64,000 nt of DNA from Candidatus Fermentithermobacillaceae bacterium DTU015 (GTDB taxonomy: Bacteria; Bacillota; Sulfobacillia; Fermentithermobacillales; Fermentithermobacillaceae), in contig LFST01000046.1 in assembly GCA_001513185.1 (NCBI GenBank), positions 82,161 to 146,160 on the forward strand, read 5' to 3'. This document shows, one piece after another, positions 10,217-18,946 of the stretch (the first letter of the stretch is position 1; each line of letters opens with the position of its first letter). The position numbers were made by a program, and so were the translations under genes. Under the pieces are notes generated by a model, which made no database searches, had not been told where the DNA came from, and saw only the letters and a program-made list of their open reading frames with translations.

Positions 10217-12112
10217 ATGGGAGAGAGAAAAGTTGAGTCTATTTTAGCCACGGACGTTGGCTCTACTACCACTAAAGCCATTCTGATCGAGAAAGTTGGG
10301 GATGAGTACAGGCTGGTTACCCGCGGAGAGATGCCCACCACAGTAGAAGCCCCTTGGGAGAACGTGATGATCGGTGTAAGGAAAGCCATAAGACGGGTGG
10401 AAGAGCTCATAGACAGGCCCCTGCTCGATGAGGATGGCAACCTGATTAGGCCAAAAGACGGTAACAAGGGTGTGGACATGTACGTGTCTACATCTTCAGC
10501 CGGAGGCGGGCTCCAGATGATGGTGGCCGGCCTGGTCAAGTCGATTAGTGCCAGCTCAGCCCACAGGGCGGCCCTGGGTGCCGGGGCGGTGGTGCTTGAT
10601 GTGATATCAGTGGACGACGGAAGGTCCCAGTCAGAGCAAATCACCAGGATCACCGAGTTGCGCCCAGACATAATCCTGGTATCAGGCGGCGTAGATGGAG
10701 GCTCAGTTGCGTACCTGGCGCTGATTGCAGAGATTATCAAACAGGCCAACCCCCAGCCGCGCTTCGGAGCTACTTACAAATTGCCCCTGATTTATGCAGG
10801 CAACAAGGATGCCCAGGACCTTGTGATGCAGATTTGTGGCGATACCATGGACGTGCACCTCGTGCCCAACCTCAGGCCGCGTCACGACATTGAGAATCTG
10901 GGTCCTGCCAGGGAGGCCATACACGATCTGTTCATGAACCACGTGATGGCCCAAGCTCCGGGATACGGTGAACTCATGGAATGGGTAGATACCACCATTA
11001 TGCCTACGCCCGGTGCCGTAGGCAAACTGATTATGGTGCTCGGAGAACAAAATAACCAGAGCATTATAGGTGTGGATATCGGCGGGGCTACCACTGACGT
11101 GTTCTCCAACTTCGAAGATACCTTCACCAGGACCGTGTCTGCTAACCTGGGCATGAGTTATTCGATATGTAACGTGCTTGAAGAGGCAGGTTTTGACAAT
11201 ATTTTGCGCTGGGTGCCCTTTGGTATGGAGCAGTCCCAGATTTCAGACTGGATTGCAAACAAGATGGTAAGGCCTACTACCATACCCCAAACCGTCTTCC
11301 ACCTGGTAGTTGAGCATGCCCTGGCCAGGGAAGCGCTCAGGTTAAGCTTTGAGCACCATAAGAGCCTTGCGAAAAAAGTGGAAGAAGAAAAAGTGGGATT
11401 TGGCCGGGAAACCGGGGTTGCCAAAGCTTCCGGCAGGGACATTATCAACATGATGGAACTTGATATGCTGGTAGGCTCAGGTGGGGTGTTGTGCCATGCC
11501 CCAAGGCGGCAGCAAGCAGCCCTCATGCTCATCGATGCTTTCCAACCGGAAGGGGTTACCCAGCTGGCGGTAGACTCTATCTTCATGATGCCCCACTTGG
11601 GAGTGCTTTCGTCTGTATATCCGGAAATCGCCGCTGAAGTATTCGAGAAAGACTGTTTGGTGAGGCTGGGTACAGTGGTGGCGCCTGTGGGCCCTGCCCC
11701 CAGGAGCGGTGTGTTGGCCACGGTTCACATCACCATGCCCGATGGCCAGCTTGTGGAACGCCAGATCACCAGCGGCGACCTCCAGGTAATTCCTTTGGGG
11801 GTAGGCGAGGTTGCCTCGTGTAAGATCCAGCCCAACGGCGGCCGCATAGATGTAGGTGCCGGCAAGGGCAGGACCTACGAAACCCAGCTCCACGGTGGCG
11901 TTGTGGGACTCATCCTGGATGGCCGGGGCCGTCCCATAGAGCTGCCCGAGAGCGGTGCCGAGCGGGTAAAGAAACTAACCCAGTGGATTGAGTCTATGAA
12001 CGCCTATCCCATGGATCCCATTTACGAGCTTCAGGAGCGGTTCCCGGTTAAAGGGGAAGACACAAAAGGAGGGAAGAAGCGTGGCGGTCTCTTCAGTCTA
12101 TTCAGAAGATAA
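10217..12112 (+). CDS. GlmL/MutL (glutamate mutase L)-family ASKHA ATPase, paralog 1
   Basis: Phosphate-1 motif DVGSTTTK, SSAGGGLQM, SGGVDGG, IYAGN, MPTPGAV, phosphate-2 motif DIGGATTDVFS, RTVSANLGM, GSGGVL; AAGGAGG RBS. Confidence 0.85.
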   Translation: MGERKVESILATDVGSTTTKAILIEKVGDEYRLVTRGEMPTTVEAPWENVMIGVRKAIRRVEELIDRPLLDEDGNLIRPKDGNKGVDMYVSTSSAGGGLQMMVAGLVKSISASSAHRAALGAGAVVLDVISVDDGRSQSEQITRITELRPDIILVSGGVDGGSVAYLALIAEIIKQANPQPRFGATYKLPLIYAGNKDAQDLVMQICGDTMDVHLVPNLRPRHDIENLGPAREAIHDLFMNHVMAQAPGYGELMEWVDTTIMPTPGAVGKLIMVLGEQNNQSIIGVDIGGATTDVFSNFEDTFTRTVSANLGMSYSICNVLEEAGFDNILRWVPFGMEQSQISDWIANKMVRPTTIPQTVFHLVVEHALAREALRLSFEHHKSLAKKVEEEKVGFGRETGVAKASGRDIINMMELDMLVGSGGVLCHAPRRQQAALMLIDAFQPEGVTQLAVDSIFMMPHLGVLSSVYPEIAAEVFEKDCLVRLGTVVAPVGPAPRSGVLATVHITMPDGQLVERQITSGDLQVIPLGVGEVASCKIQPNGGRIDVGAGKGRTYETQLHGGVVGLILDGRGRPIELPESGAERVKKLTQWIESMNAYPMDPIYELQERFPVKGEDTKGGKKRGGLFSLFRR

Positions 12113-13442
12113 GCAGGTCGGCCGGGTTGAACTTATAAGAAAAATGAGGCGGCTGCCCCTGCCAGGGGAGGTCCTGGTTAAGAAGGGAGATAAGGTGCTG
12201 CCTGACACCCCTGTGGCCAAGATAGCCCTCAGGCCCGGCATCCCCTGGGTCATTCCGGCTGCCAGGTTGCTGGGTATAGAACCTTCGGAACTAGGTAAAT
12301 CCATGCTGAAGAAGGTAGGCGACAGTGTCAAGACCCAGGAGGTCATCGCCAGGGCCGAACAGGGGCTGTACGGCAGGAAGGAGATTACCTCGCCCACAGA
12401 CGGTGTAATCGAGGATGTATCCGATCGCTCCGGAAGGATTACCATCCGTGAGGAATTTGGAAAAGAAGAGCCGCCCATAAGCTTCGACGTAGCCTTTGAA
12501 ATCGGCTGCAGGCCCGAGGAACTTCCCAAACACATGTTGAGGCAGGTAGGGCAGGAAGTCAAGAAGGGCCAGATGATCGCCAAAAAGGGCGAAGCTCAGG
12601 CGTTTTTCACCAAGACCGCGCTGGCTCCTGTGTCCGGCATTATATCCAAAATCGATACCGAGACAGGTAAGGTCACTATTGCCAGGCCTTTCAAAGAGGT
12701 CGTGGTAAGTGCGTACGTAGAAGGCACCGTGTCTGAAATCATCGAGAGCCGCGGGTGCATAGTCGATACTGTCGGAATCAGGCTCAACGGGGTGTTTGGG
12801 CTTGGCAGGGAGACCCACGGCGAACTCAAACTGCTTTGTAACAGTCCGGATCAGGTGCTCGAAGCCGACATGATTACCGAAGACTGCAAGGATAAGATCA
12901 TCGTGGGCGGCTCCTTCGCCACCAACGAAGCGCTTTCCCGGGCGCTAGATGTGGGAGTAAAGGGTGTAATCACAGGTACGGTCAACTACTTCAACCTCAC
13001 CCAATCCCTTGGAGTGAAGCTTGGCGTAGGCATAACCGGCCAGGAGGATATCGATATTACCGTCATCCTGATGGAAGGGTTCGGCCACCTGTCCATGCGC
13101 AAGGAAGTATGGGAGACCTTGGCATCCCTTGAGGGCAAGAGGGCTTCGATAAACGGTGCCACCCAAATCAGGGCAGGGGCAATCAGGCCTGAAATCATCG
13201 TACCCTTCCTGGACTATGAAGGAGAGCCGGCCAAACCTGCGGTGTTTGACCCTGACCTGCGGGTGGGCATGCATGTGAGGATCGTCAACGAACCCTATTT
13301 TGGGGCCACCGGGAGGATCTGCGAGATCATCAGGGAGCCTGTGTCAATCGAAACCGAAGCAAGAGTGCCTGTGGTCAAGGTTGAGCTGTTCTCAGACGGG
13401 TCCCATGTGGTGGTTCCCAGGGCTAACGTAGAGCTGTTGTAG
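12081..13442 (+). CDS. Uncharacterised partner of GlmL-like ATPase, paralog 1 (barrel-sandwich-hybrid-like repeats, central alpha/beta domain, C-terminal KOW/SH3-like)
   Basis: VKKGDKV/VGDSV/VGQEVKKGQ hybrid-motif repeats; GVFGLG.E, ITGQED, EGFG, ASINGATQIRAG, VRIVNEPYFG, VPRANVE shared with 15945-17066; GTG start overlaps upstream gene. Confidence 0.8.
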   Translation: MAVSSVYSEDKQVGRVELIRKMRRLPLPGEVLVKKGDKVLPDTPVAKIALRPGIPWVIPAARLLGIEPSELGKSMLKKVGDSVKTQEVIARAEQGLYGRKEITSPTDGVIEDVSDRSGRITIREEFGKEEPPISFDVAFEIGCRPEELPKHMLRQVGQEVKKGQMIAKKGEAQAFFTKTALAPVSGIISKIDTETGKVTIARPFKEVVVSAYVEGTVSEIIESRGCIVDTVGIRLNGVFGLGRETHGELKLLCNSPDQVLEADMITEDCKDKIIVGGSFATNEALSRALDVGVKGVITGTVNYFNLTQSLGVKLGVGITGQEDIDITVILMEGFGHLSMRKEVWETLASLEGKRASINGATQIRAGAIRPEIIVPFLDYEGEPAKPAVFDPDLRVGMHVRIVNEPYFGATGRICEIIREPVSIETEARVPVVKVELFSDGSHVVVPRANVELL

Positions 13443-13451
13443 AATGAGAGG

Positions 13452-13507
13452 GCAGCTTAGACGCCTGATTTCGTGTTTGCCGGGTGTCTAAGCTGCTTGT
13501 TCTCTCT
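13452..13507 (+). terminator. Putative intrinsic terminator after module 1
   Basis: Stem GCAGCTTAGAC(GCCTG)/(CGGGT)GTCTAAGCTGC followed by a pyrimidine-rich tail TTGTTCTCTCT. Confidence 0.55.
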
Positions 13508-13585
13508 GGTGGCATTATTAGGTTGCAATGACTTGGTTGAAATATTGTAAAATAGAGACAATGCTATCCGCTGGGAGGTGAATAG

Positions 13586-13981
13586 ATGCTTAATTTCCGT
13601 GAACCCATTGATGAGAAGCGGCGGGACGAGTTGCTGGATGCGATAGCGAAGAAGATTCAACAATTCGGGATGACGGTACCTGCGATTTTCTTTTTGGAGA
13701 TGCACAAGCCCTTTAGCTATATTGGCGGACAGATTATGCACTTTTTCTCTCCGATTGTCGGGGTGTTCTTTGAGACTTTCGAAGATTACGCTTACTTCTT
13801 TGATGACAGGAAAAACGTAGAACTCTTGATCCAGAGGCTTGAAGCGATTGCCATGGAAGAAGAGGAAGAAAGACGCAAGCAGAAAGAGATGAAGAAAGCC
13901 GGAAAACAGAAGAAAGCACAGACGACCATGCTGGATGAAGCACTTAAGATGGGGTCGCAAGACACCAAGTCAGAAAAATGA
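13586..13981 (+). CDS. Hypothetical small protein
   Basis: GGAGGTG RBS; core with PAIFFLEMHKPFSYIGGQ; charged coiled C-terminus. Confidence 0.8.
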   Translation: MLNFREPIDEKRRDELLDAIAKKIQQFGMTVPAIFFLEMHKPFSYIGGQIMHFFSPIVGVFFETFEDYAYFFDDRKNVELLIQRLEAIAMEEEEERRKQKEMKKAGKQKKAQTTMLDEALKMGSQDTKSEK

Positions 13982-14076
13982 TACTAATGTAAGAGGATTT
14001 TTGACGGCAGATGTCGTAATTGAACCAAGTAGTCTTATTGTGTCTTGATGGTGCCAGTGAGGGAGGGGAAGACTTA

Positions 14077-15927
14077 GTGCAGGAGCAAAAATTTGAGCTG
14101 GACAGAGAGATAAACTCTGTATTGGCTACTGACTGTGGTTCCACAACGACCAAAGCTATCCTTATCGAAAAGATCAATGGTGAATACCGCCTGGTCGTGC
14201 GAGGAGAAGCTCCGACAACGGTTGAGGCACCTTTTGAGGACGTTACCATGGGTGCAAGGAACGCTATCAGAGAAATCGAGGAGCTTACCGGCAGGAGATT
14301 TCTCAGCGATCAGGGTGTAATCACCCCGAGGCAACCTGACGGTTCCGGGGTGGACATTTACATGTCGACTTCGTCGGCAGGCGGCGGCCTCCAGATGATG
14401 GTGGCAGGCGTGGTTAAGACCATGACTGCCGAATCTGCCGCGAGGGCTGCATTGGGAGCCGGGGCTATCGTAATGGACGTCATTTCAGTGGATGACGGCC
14501 GGAAGCCCCACGAGAAGATCCAGCGGATCAGACAACTTAGGCCGGACATGATCTTGCTCTCCGGCGGAATTGACGGAGGTACTATCACACACGTAGCTGA
14601 GATCGGAGAGCTCATTGCAGCCGCAGAGCCCAAACCCAGGCTGGGTATCGGGTACAAGCTGCCGATTATCTACGCAGGTAACAAAGATGCACGCAAACAC
14701 ATTACTGACATCCTCGGTGAAAAGACCGACCTAAGGATCGTGGACAACCTCAGGCCTGTGCTTGAAACCGAAGTGCTTGGACCGGCCAGGGAAGAGATCC
14801 ACAACCTGTTTATGGAACACGTTATGGCTCAGGCGCCTGGGTACAACAAGCTTATGCAGTGGACTCCGGTACCCATTATGCCCACCCCAGGTGCAGTAGG
14901 TGCTTGTATGCAGACGGCTGCCAAAGAATACGACATGAGCGTCATTGGGGTTGACATCGGCGGTGCTACCACCGACGTATTCTCAGTGTTCGGTGAGTAC
15001 TTCAACAGGACCGTGTCTGCCAACCTGGGTATGAGCTACTCCATCTGCAACGTGCTTCTGGAAGCAGGTATCAGCAATATCATGAGATGGATTCCGTTCA
15101 GCATCGATGAAGGAGAGCTCAGGAACAGGATCAGGAACAAGATGATCCGTCCTACCACCATTCCTCAAACCTTGGAAGAGCTGATCATCGAGCAATCCAT
15201 CGCGCGGGAAGCTTTGCGCCTTGCGTTTGAACACCACAAGAGCCTGGCAGTGGGGCTCAGGGGTGTACACAGGCAGAGGACGATCGGTGACACCTTCGAA
15301 CAGACCGGAAGCGACGAGACGTACATTGACATGACCGAATTGGGTATGCTCATAGGGTCAGGTGGATGCCTGTCCCACGCACCTAGGCGGGCACAGTCAG
15401 CCATGATGCTGATCGACGCATTCCAGCCAGAATCCACAACCATGCTGGCTGTTGACTCAATCTTCATGATGCCCCAGCTGGGTATCCTGTCATCTATCCA
15501 TCCCAAGGCCGCAATGCAGGTATTTGACAGGGACTGCCTGGTAAAGCTCGGGACGGCAATTGCCCCTGTAGGACCCAGCGGCAAGGCTGAGTTCGGTGCC
15601 CCGTGTCTCGAGGTAACTCTCACTGTCAATGGACAGACCTTTGAGGAATCAGTGCCTTTCGGTTCCATGAAGGTGATTCCGGTTCCTCAAGATACCACTG
15701 CCGAAGCAGTTATCCATCCGACAAGGCAGTTTGACGTCGGTGCAGGCTACGGCCGTGAACTCAAGACCACCGTCAACGGCGGTGTGGTCGGAGTGATCAT
15801 AGACTGCAGGGGACGCCCGATTGTACTGCCGGAAGATGTGAAGACACGCAACGCGAAACTGGTGGAATGGTTCCTTGCGATGAACATGTATCCCGAGGAA
15901 TCACTCAAGAAATATGCTGAGGTTTAA
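14077..15927 (+). CDS. GlmL/MutL (glutamate mutase L)-family ASKHA ATPase, paralog 2
   Basis: DCGSTTTK, SSAGGGLQM, SGGIDGG, MPTPGAV, DIGGATTDVFS, RTVSANLGM; collinear with 10217-12112; GTG start 14077 behind GGAGGGG. Confidence 0.85.
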   Translation: MQEQKFELDREINSVLATDCGSTTTKAILIEKINGEYRLVVRGEAPTTVEAPFEDVTMGARNAIREIEELTGRRFLSDQGVITPRQPDGSGVDIYMSTSSAGGGLQMMVAGVVKTMTAESAARAALGAGAIVMDVISVDDGRKPHEKIQRIRQLRPDMILLSGGIDGGTITHVAEIGELIAAAEPKPRLGIGYKLPIIYAGNKDARKHITDILGEKTDLRIVDNLRPVLETEVLGPAREEIHNLFMEHVMAQAPGYNKLMQWTPVPIMPTPGAVGACMQTAAKEYDMSVIGVDIGGATTDVFSVFGEYFNRTVSANLGMSYSICNVLLEAGISNIMRWIPFSIDEGELRNRIRNKMIRPTTIPQTLEELIIEQSIAREALRLAFEHHKSLAVGLRGVHRQRTIGDTFEQTGSDETYIDMTELGMLIGSGGCLSHAPRRAQSAMMLIDAFQPESTTMLAVDSIFMMPQLGILSSIHPKAAMQVFDRDCLVKLGTAIAPVGPSGKAEFGAPCLEVTLTVNGQTFEESVPFGSMKVIPVPQDTTAEAVIHPTRQFDVGAGYGRELKTTVNGGVVGVIIDCRGRPIVLPEDVKTRNAKLVEWFLAMNMYPEESLKKYAEV

Positions 15928-15944
15928 GAGGAGGGAAGGTATAG

Positions 15945-17066
15945 ATGGCACACGCATACACACCCGGACTTAAAGTTACCGAAAGAGCGATGATTACCAA
16001 GACGCGCCGCCTTCCTATCCTCGGCGAAGTGCTGGTTGAGAAAGGACAGGCGGTTTCGCCGGACACCATTGTGGCTAGGACGAATATCCCGGGCAACCCA
16101 CAGACGGTTAACGTAGCTAACATCCTGGGCGTCGACCCTGATGACATTGCTGACTTCATGAAGAAGAAGGAAGGCGACTCTGTCAAGAAGGGCGAGCTAT
16201 TGGCCGAGTATAAGTCATTTTTCGGGCTTATCAGGCACCATGTGGAATCACCTACTGACGGGACCATCGAGATGATTTCGACAGTTACAGGGCAGGTCAC
16301 GCTGCGTGAACCACCGGTACCCATTGAGATAGACGCCTATATCGAGGGTGTTGTCGAGGAGATCCTCCCCAGGGAAGGCGTAGTTGTGAAAACCGAAGGC
16401 GCCTTTATCCAGGGTATTTTCGGTGTGGGAGGCGAAGCCCAGGGAGTTATCAGGGTTGCAGTTGAGGGTCCCAACGACGTGTTGGATGCCGACGCCGTCA
16501 GGCCTGATGACAAGGGCAAGATCCTCGTGGGCGGCTCCCTGGTTACTGCCGAGGCCATTAAGAGAGCCGGCCAGGTAGGCGCCACGGGAATTGTGGCCGG
16601 CGGTATCATCGACACCGAACTAATCGAATATCTCGGGTTCGACATCGGTGTGGCGATTACAGGGCATGAGGATATCCCGGTCACTGTGATCATCACCGAA
16701 GGCTTCGGTAGGATGAGAATGGCAGACCGTACTTTCAACCTGCTTAAGAAACTGGACGGCTTTAAGGCTTCAATCAACGGTGCAACCCAGATCCGCGCAG
16801 GGGTCATGCGCCCTGAGATCATTGTGCCCGGCTATGAGGCAGAGTCCACAGATGAGGGCTTGGACATCACTGCGGGGCTTGTACCAGGCACACCCATCAG
16901 GATCATCAGGGAGCCTTACTTCGGTATGCTGGCTGAGATAGTCGAACTGCCGCCGGAGCTTGAGGTCATCGAGTCTGAAGCTAAGGTAAGGATCCTTAGG
17001 GCCAGACTGGAAGACGGCAGAGTGGTGACCGTACCCAGGGCCAACGTTGAGATAATCGAAAGCTAA
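15945..17066 (+). CDS. Uncharacterised partner of GlmL-like ATPase, paralog 2
   Basis: RRLP..GEVLVEKGQ, QGIFGVGGE, ITGHED, TEGFG, ASINGATQIRAG, IRIIREPYFG, VPRANVE; GAGGAGG RBS. Confidence 0.85.
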   Translation: MAHAYTPGLKVTERAMITKTRRLPILGEVLVEKGQAVSPDTIVARTNIPGNPQTVNVANILGVDPDDIADFMKKKEGDSVKKGELLAEYKSFFGLIRHHVESPTDGTIEMISTVTGQVTLREPPVPIEIDAYIEGVVEEILPREGVVVKTEGAFIQGIFGVGGEAQGVIRVAVEGPNDVLDADAVRPDDKGKILVGGSLVTAEAIKRAGQVGATGIVAGGIIDTELIEYLGFDIGVAITGHEDIPVTVIITEGFGRMRMADRTFNLLKKLDGFKASINGATQIRAGVMRPEIIVPGYEAESTDEGLDITAGLVPGTPIRIIREPYFGMLAEIVELPPELEVIESEAKVRILRARLEDGRVVTVPRANVEIIES

Positions 17067-17090
17067 ACATCACATACCTAAGCCGGATGA

Positions 17091-17122
17091 GGAGGAGAGG
17101 GTTTTCCTCTCCTTTTGTTTTT
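17091..17122 (+). terminator. Rho-independent terminator after module 2
   Basis: AGGAGAGG-gtttt-CCTCTCCT hairpin followed by TTTGTTTTT. Confidence 0.8.
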
Positions 17123-17194
17123 GGCACACAATGGCAATACTGAGTTATGTGGACGTTTTGGCATATGTGTTTTACTCTTAGATAAAGGGATAAG

Positions 17195-18214
17195 ATGTTT
17201 GGGCGAAGAACAGAGTTAAGCAGTGACAGCCAAGTCCGCGGAGAAAGGAGGATCAAGCCCCAACACACCATGGACCAACAGATGTATCGCCAATTCATGG
17301 ACGAACACGTAATTCCCCTTAAGGCCAAGCTGGACGACTTCTTGCCTGTGATTTTGGGGTTGCGAAAGGCGGCACAGCTTGTGATGCCTGCAGAACTGCC
17401 CGATGCCGGAATCCTGGGCGCTACCATAGACGACAGGTATAGGCAGAAGATGGCAGGCAAGCGGCTTCCCGGCGAGTCGCTGACCGACTACCTCAAGAGC
17501 AGGACCGCCCTGATGAAACGCAAGAACAGGATCCAGGACGTGCGTTTCCGCCTGCAGCTCCTCAGGGATATCTACAGCGATGTGGTTGAAAACTCCAAAT
17601 CATATCAAGTGTATGTGGACTGGATAGACAAATGGGGGCTAAACCGCAAAGAACTGGAGGCCCGTCCTACCATACGGGAGATATACATTTTCAAAGACGA
17701 AGATATTGCCGTAGAACTCGAGGAACTTCAGGATCTCAGGAAAGACATAAGGTACAATTTCGCCCGGAACCCCGACCCCTCTGTGAGCGCTTCAGTCCGG
17801 ATATTTCCTGAAGAGCATAACGCTACGTTCTTACGCAAAGCCGGGAGCATACTCGGGTTTCCTGACTGCTGCATAGAGCGGTATGTGTTTGACAGGGAGT
17901 CGGGGGTGTTGAGCCCGGAAATGAGAGCCTCAAACCAAATTACCCATTCAGATAACCCCGATGATGTGGATGTGTTTGCGTATTTCACCAAGGATTTCTT
18001 CCCGTGCCAGCCTGATTGTCCTGAAGCTGCGGCCAAGGGCCGGGCTATCCATAAGGCGCTCCAAGCAATAGATCCCGGCCTTGCGAAAGCCTACGAGGAG
18101 CACGTCGCTGCCAACATGAGACTGGTCAAGCAGTACCCTGATATCATACAAAACCGGCTGGCGAGATTGCAGGAGGAAGCAAGGCAACAAGGAGTTGAAC
18201 CAGGTGAAGACTAA
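17195..18214 (+). CDS. Hypothetical protein, DUF483-like (Cys motifs)
   Basis: LGFPDCC and FFPCQPDC motifs recalling DUF483; start uncertain. Confidence 0.55.
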   Translation: MFGRRTELSSDSQVRGERRIKPQHTMDQQMYRQFMDEHVIPLKAKLDDFLPVILGLRKAAQLVMPAELPDAGILGATIDDRYRQKMAGKRLPGESLTDYLKSRTALMKRKNRIQDVRFRLQLLRDIYSDVVENSKSYQVYVDWIDKWGLNRKELEARPTIREIYIFKDEDIAVELEELQDLRKDIRYNFARNPDPSVSASVRIFPEEHNATFLRKAGSILGFPDCCIERYVFDRESGVLSPEMRASNQITHSDNPDDVDVFAYFTKDFFPCQPDCPEAAAKGRAIHKALQAIDPGLAKAYEEHVAANMRLVKQYPDIIQNRLARLQEEARQQGVEPGED

Positions 18215-18932
18215 GCCGCAGATTATCCAACGTTCCCTGTTCGAGGCAGAGGATGTACCCGGGCAGGCTAAACTGTTTGACCCACCCCTTTCTGAGCGGC
18301 CGGATCCTGGTAAGCCTAAGGAGGGTTCCGGGGACCAGCCGTCAGGGCTAGGGCCCCTGGGGCTGGACGGGATTGACGACCTGGAACTTTTGAGGCAGAC
18401 TGTGCTTGAATGCAGGCGGTGCTGCTTAAGGCAGGGCGCCAGGGGTGTAGTGTTCGGCGAAGGCAACCCAAATGCCGAAATAATGTTTGTCGGGGAAGGC
18501 CCGGGTCAAACCGAAGACGAACTGGGAAGGCCCTTTGTAGGGAGGGCCGGGCAGCTCCTGGATCTCATGCTCAAGTCGCACGGGTTTTCAAGGGAAGAGA
18601 CGTTTATCGCCAACATAGTCAAATGCCGCCCGCCTGGAAACAGGCTTCCCACACCCCAAGAAGTGGAAGCGTGTCTTCCCAATCTCATGGCGCAAATCCG
18701 CATTATACGCCCCAAGATAATCGTGACCTTGGGTGCCTTGGCTTCCCAGACCCTGATAGATCCAGGGTTGAGGGTCACCAGGGACAGGGGGAAGTGGTTT
18801 GAGAAAGAGGGAATCAGCTACCTTGTCACATTCCATCCTGCTGCGGTACTCAGAGATGAAAGGAACAAGAAACGCCTGATCTGGGAAGACTTTAGGAGTC
18901 TTAAGCAAAAATATGAACAACTGTACAGGTGA
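18204..18932 (+). CDS. udg: Uracil-DNA glycosylase family 4 ([4Fe-4S])
   Basis: [43 protein letters not shown]; start GTG 18204 (or TTG 18195). Confidence 0.93.
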   Translation: MKTKPQIIQRSLFEAEDVPGQAKLFDPPLSERPDPGKPKEGSGDQPSGLGPLGLDGIDDLELLRQTVLECRRCCLRQGARGVVFGEGNPNAEIMFVGEGPGQTEDELGRPFVGRAGQLLDLMLKSHGFSREETFIANIVKCRPPGNRLPTPQEVEACLPNLMAQIRIIRPKIIVTLGALASQTLIDPGLRVTRDRGKWFEKEGISYLVTFHPAAVLRDERNKKRLIWEDFRSLKQKYEQLYR

Positions 18933-18946
18933 AGGGATAGCGGCTG

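Noticed and set aside
10217..15927. Reading the two 'MutL' proteins as mismatch-repair MutL or as hydantoinase A
   Set aside because: Motifs are ASKHA phosphate loops, not GHKL (no GFRGEAL); there is no hydantoinase B partner; MutL here is only the glutamate-mutase-L name
17121..17175. TGGCAC/TGGCAT as a sigma-54 -24/-12 promoter (also TGGCA at 13510)
   Set aside because: GG-to-GC spacing is 9 or 12 nt, or no GC is present, rather than the required 10
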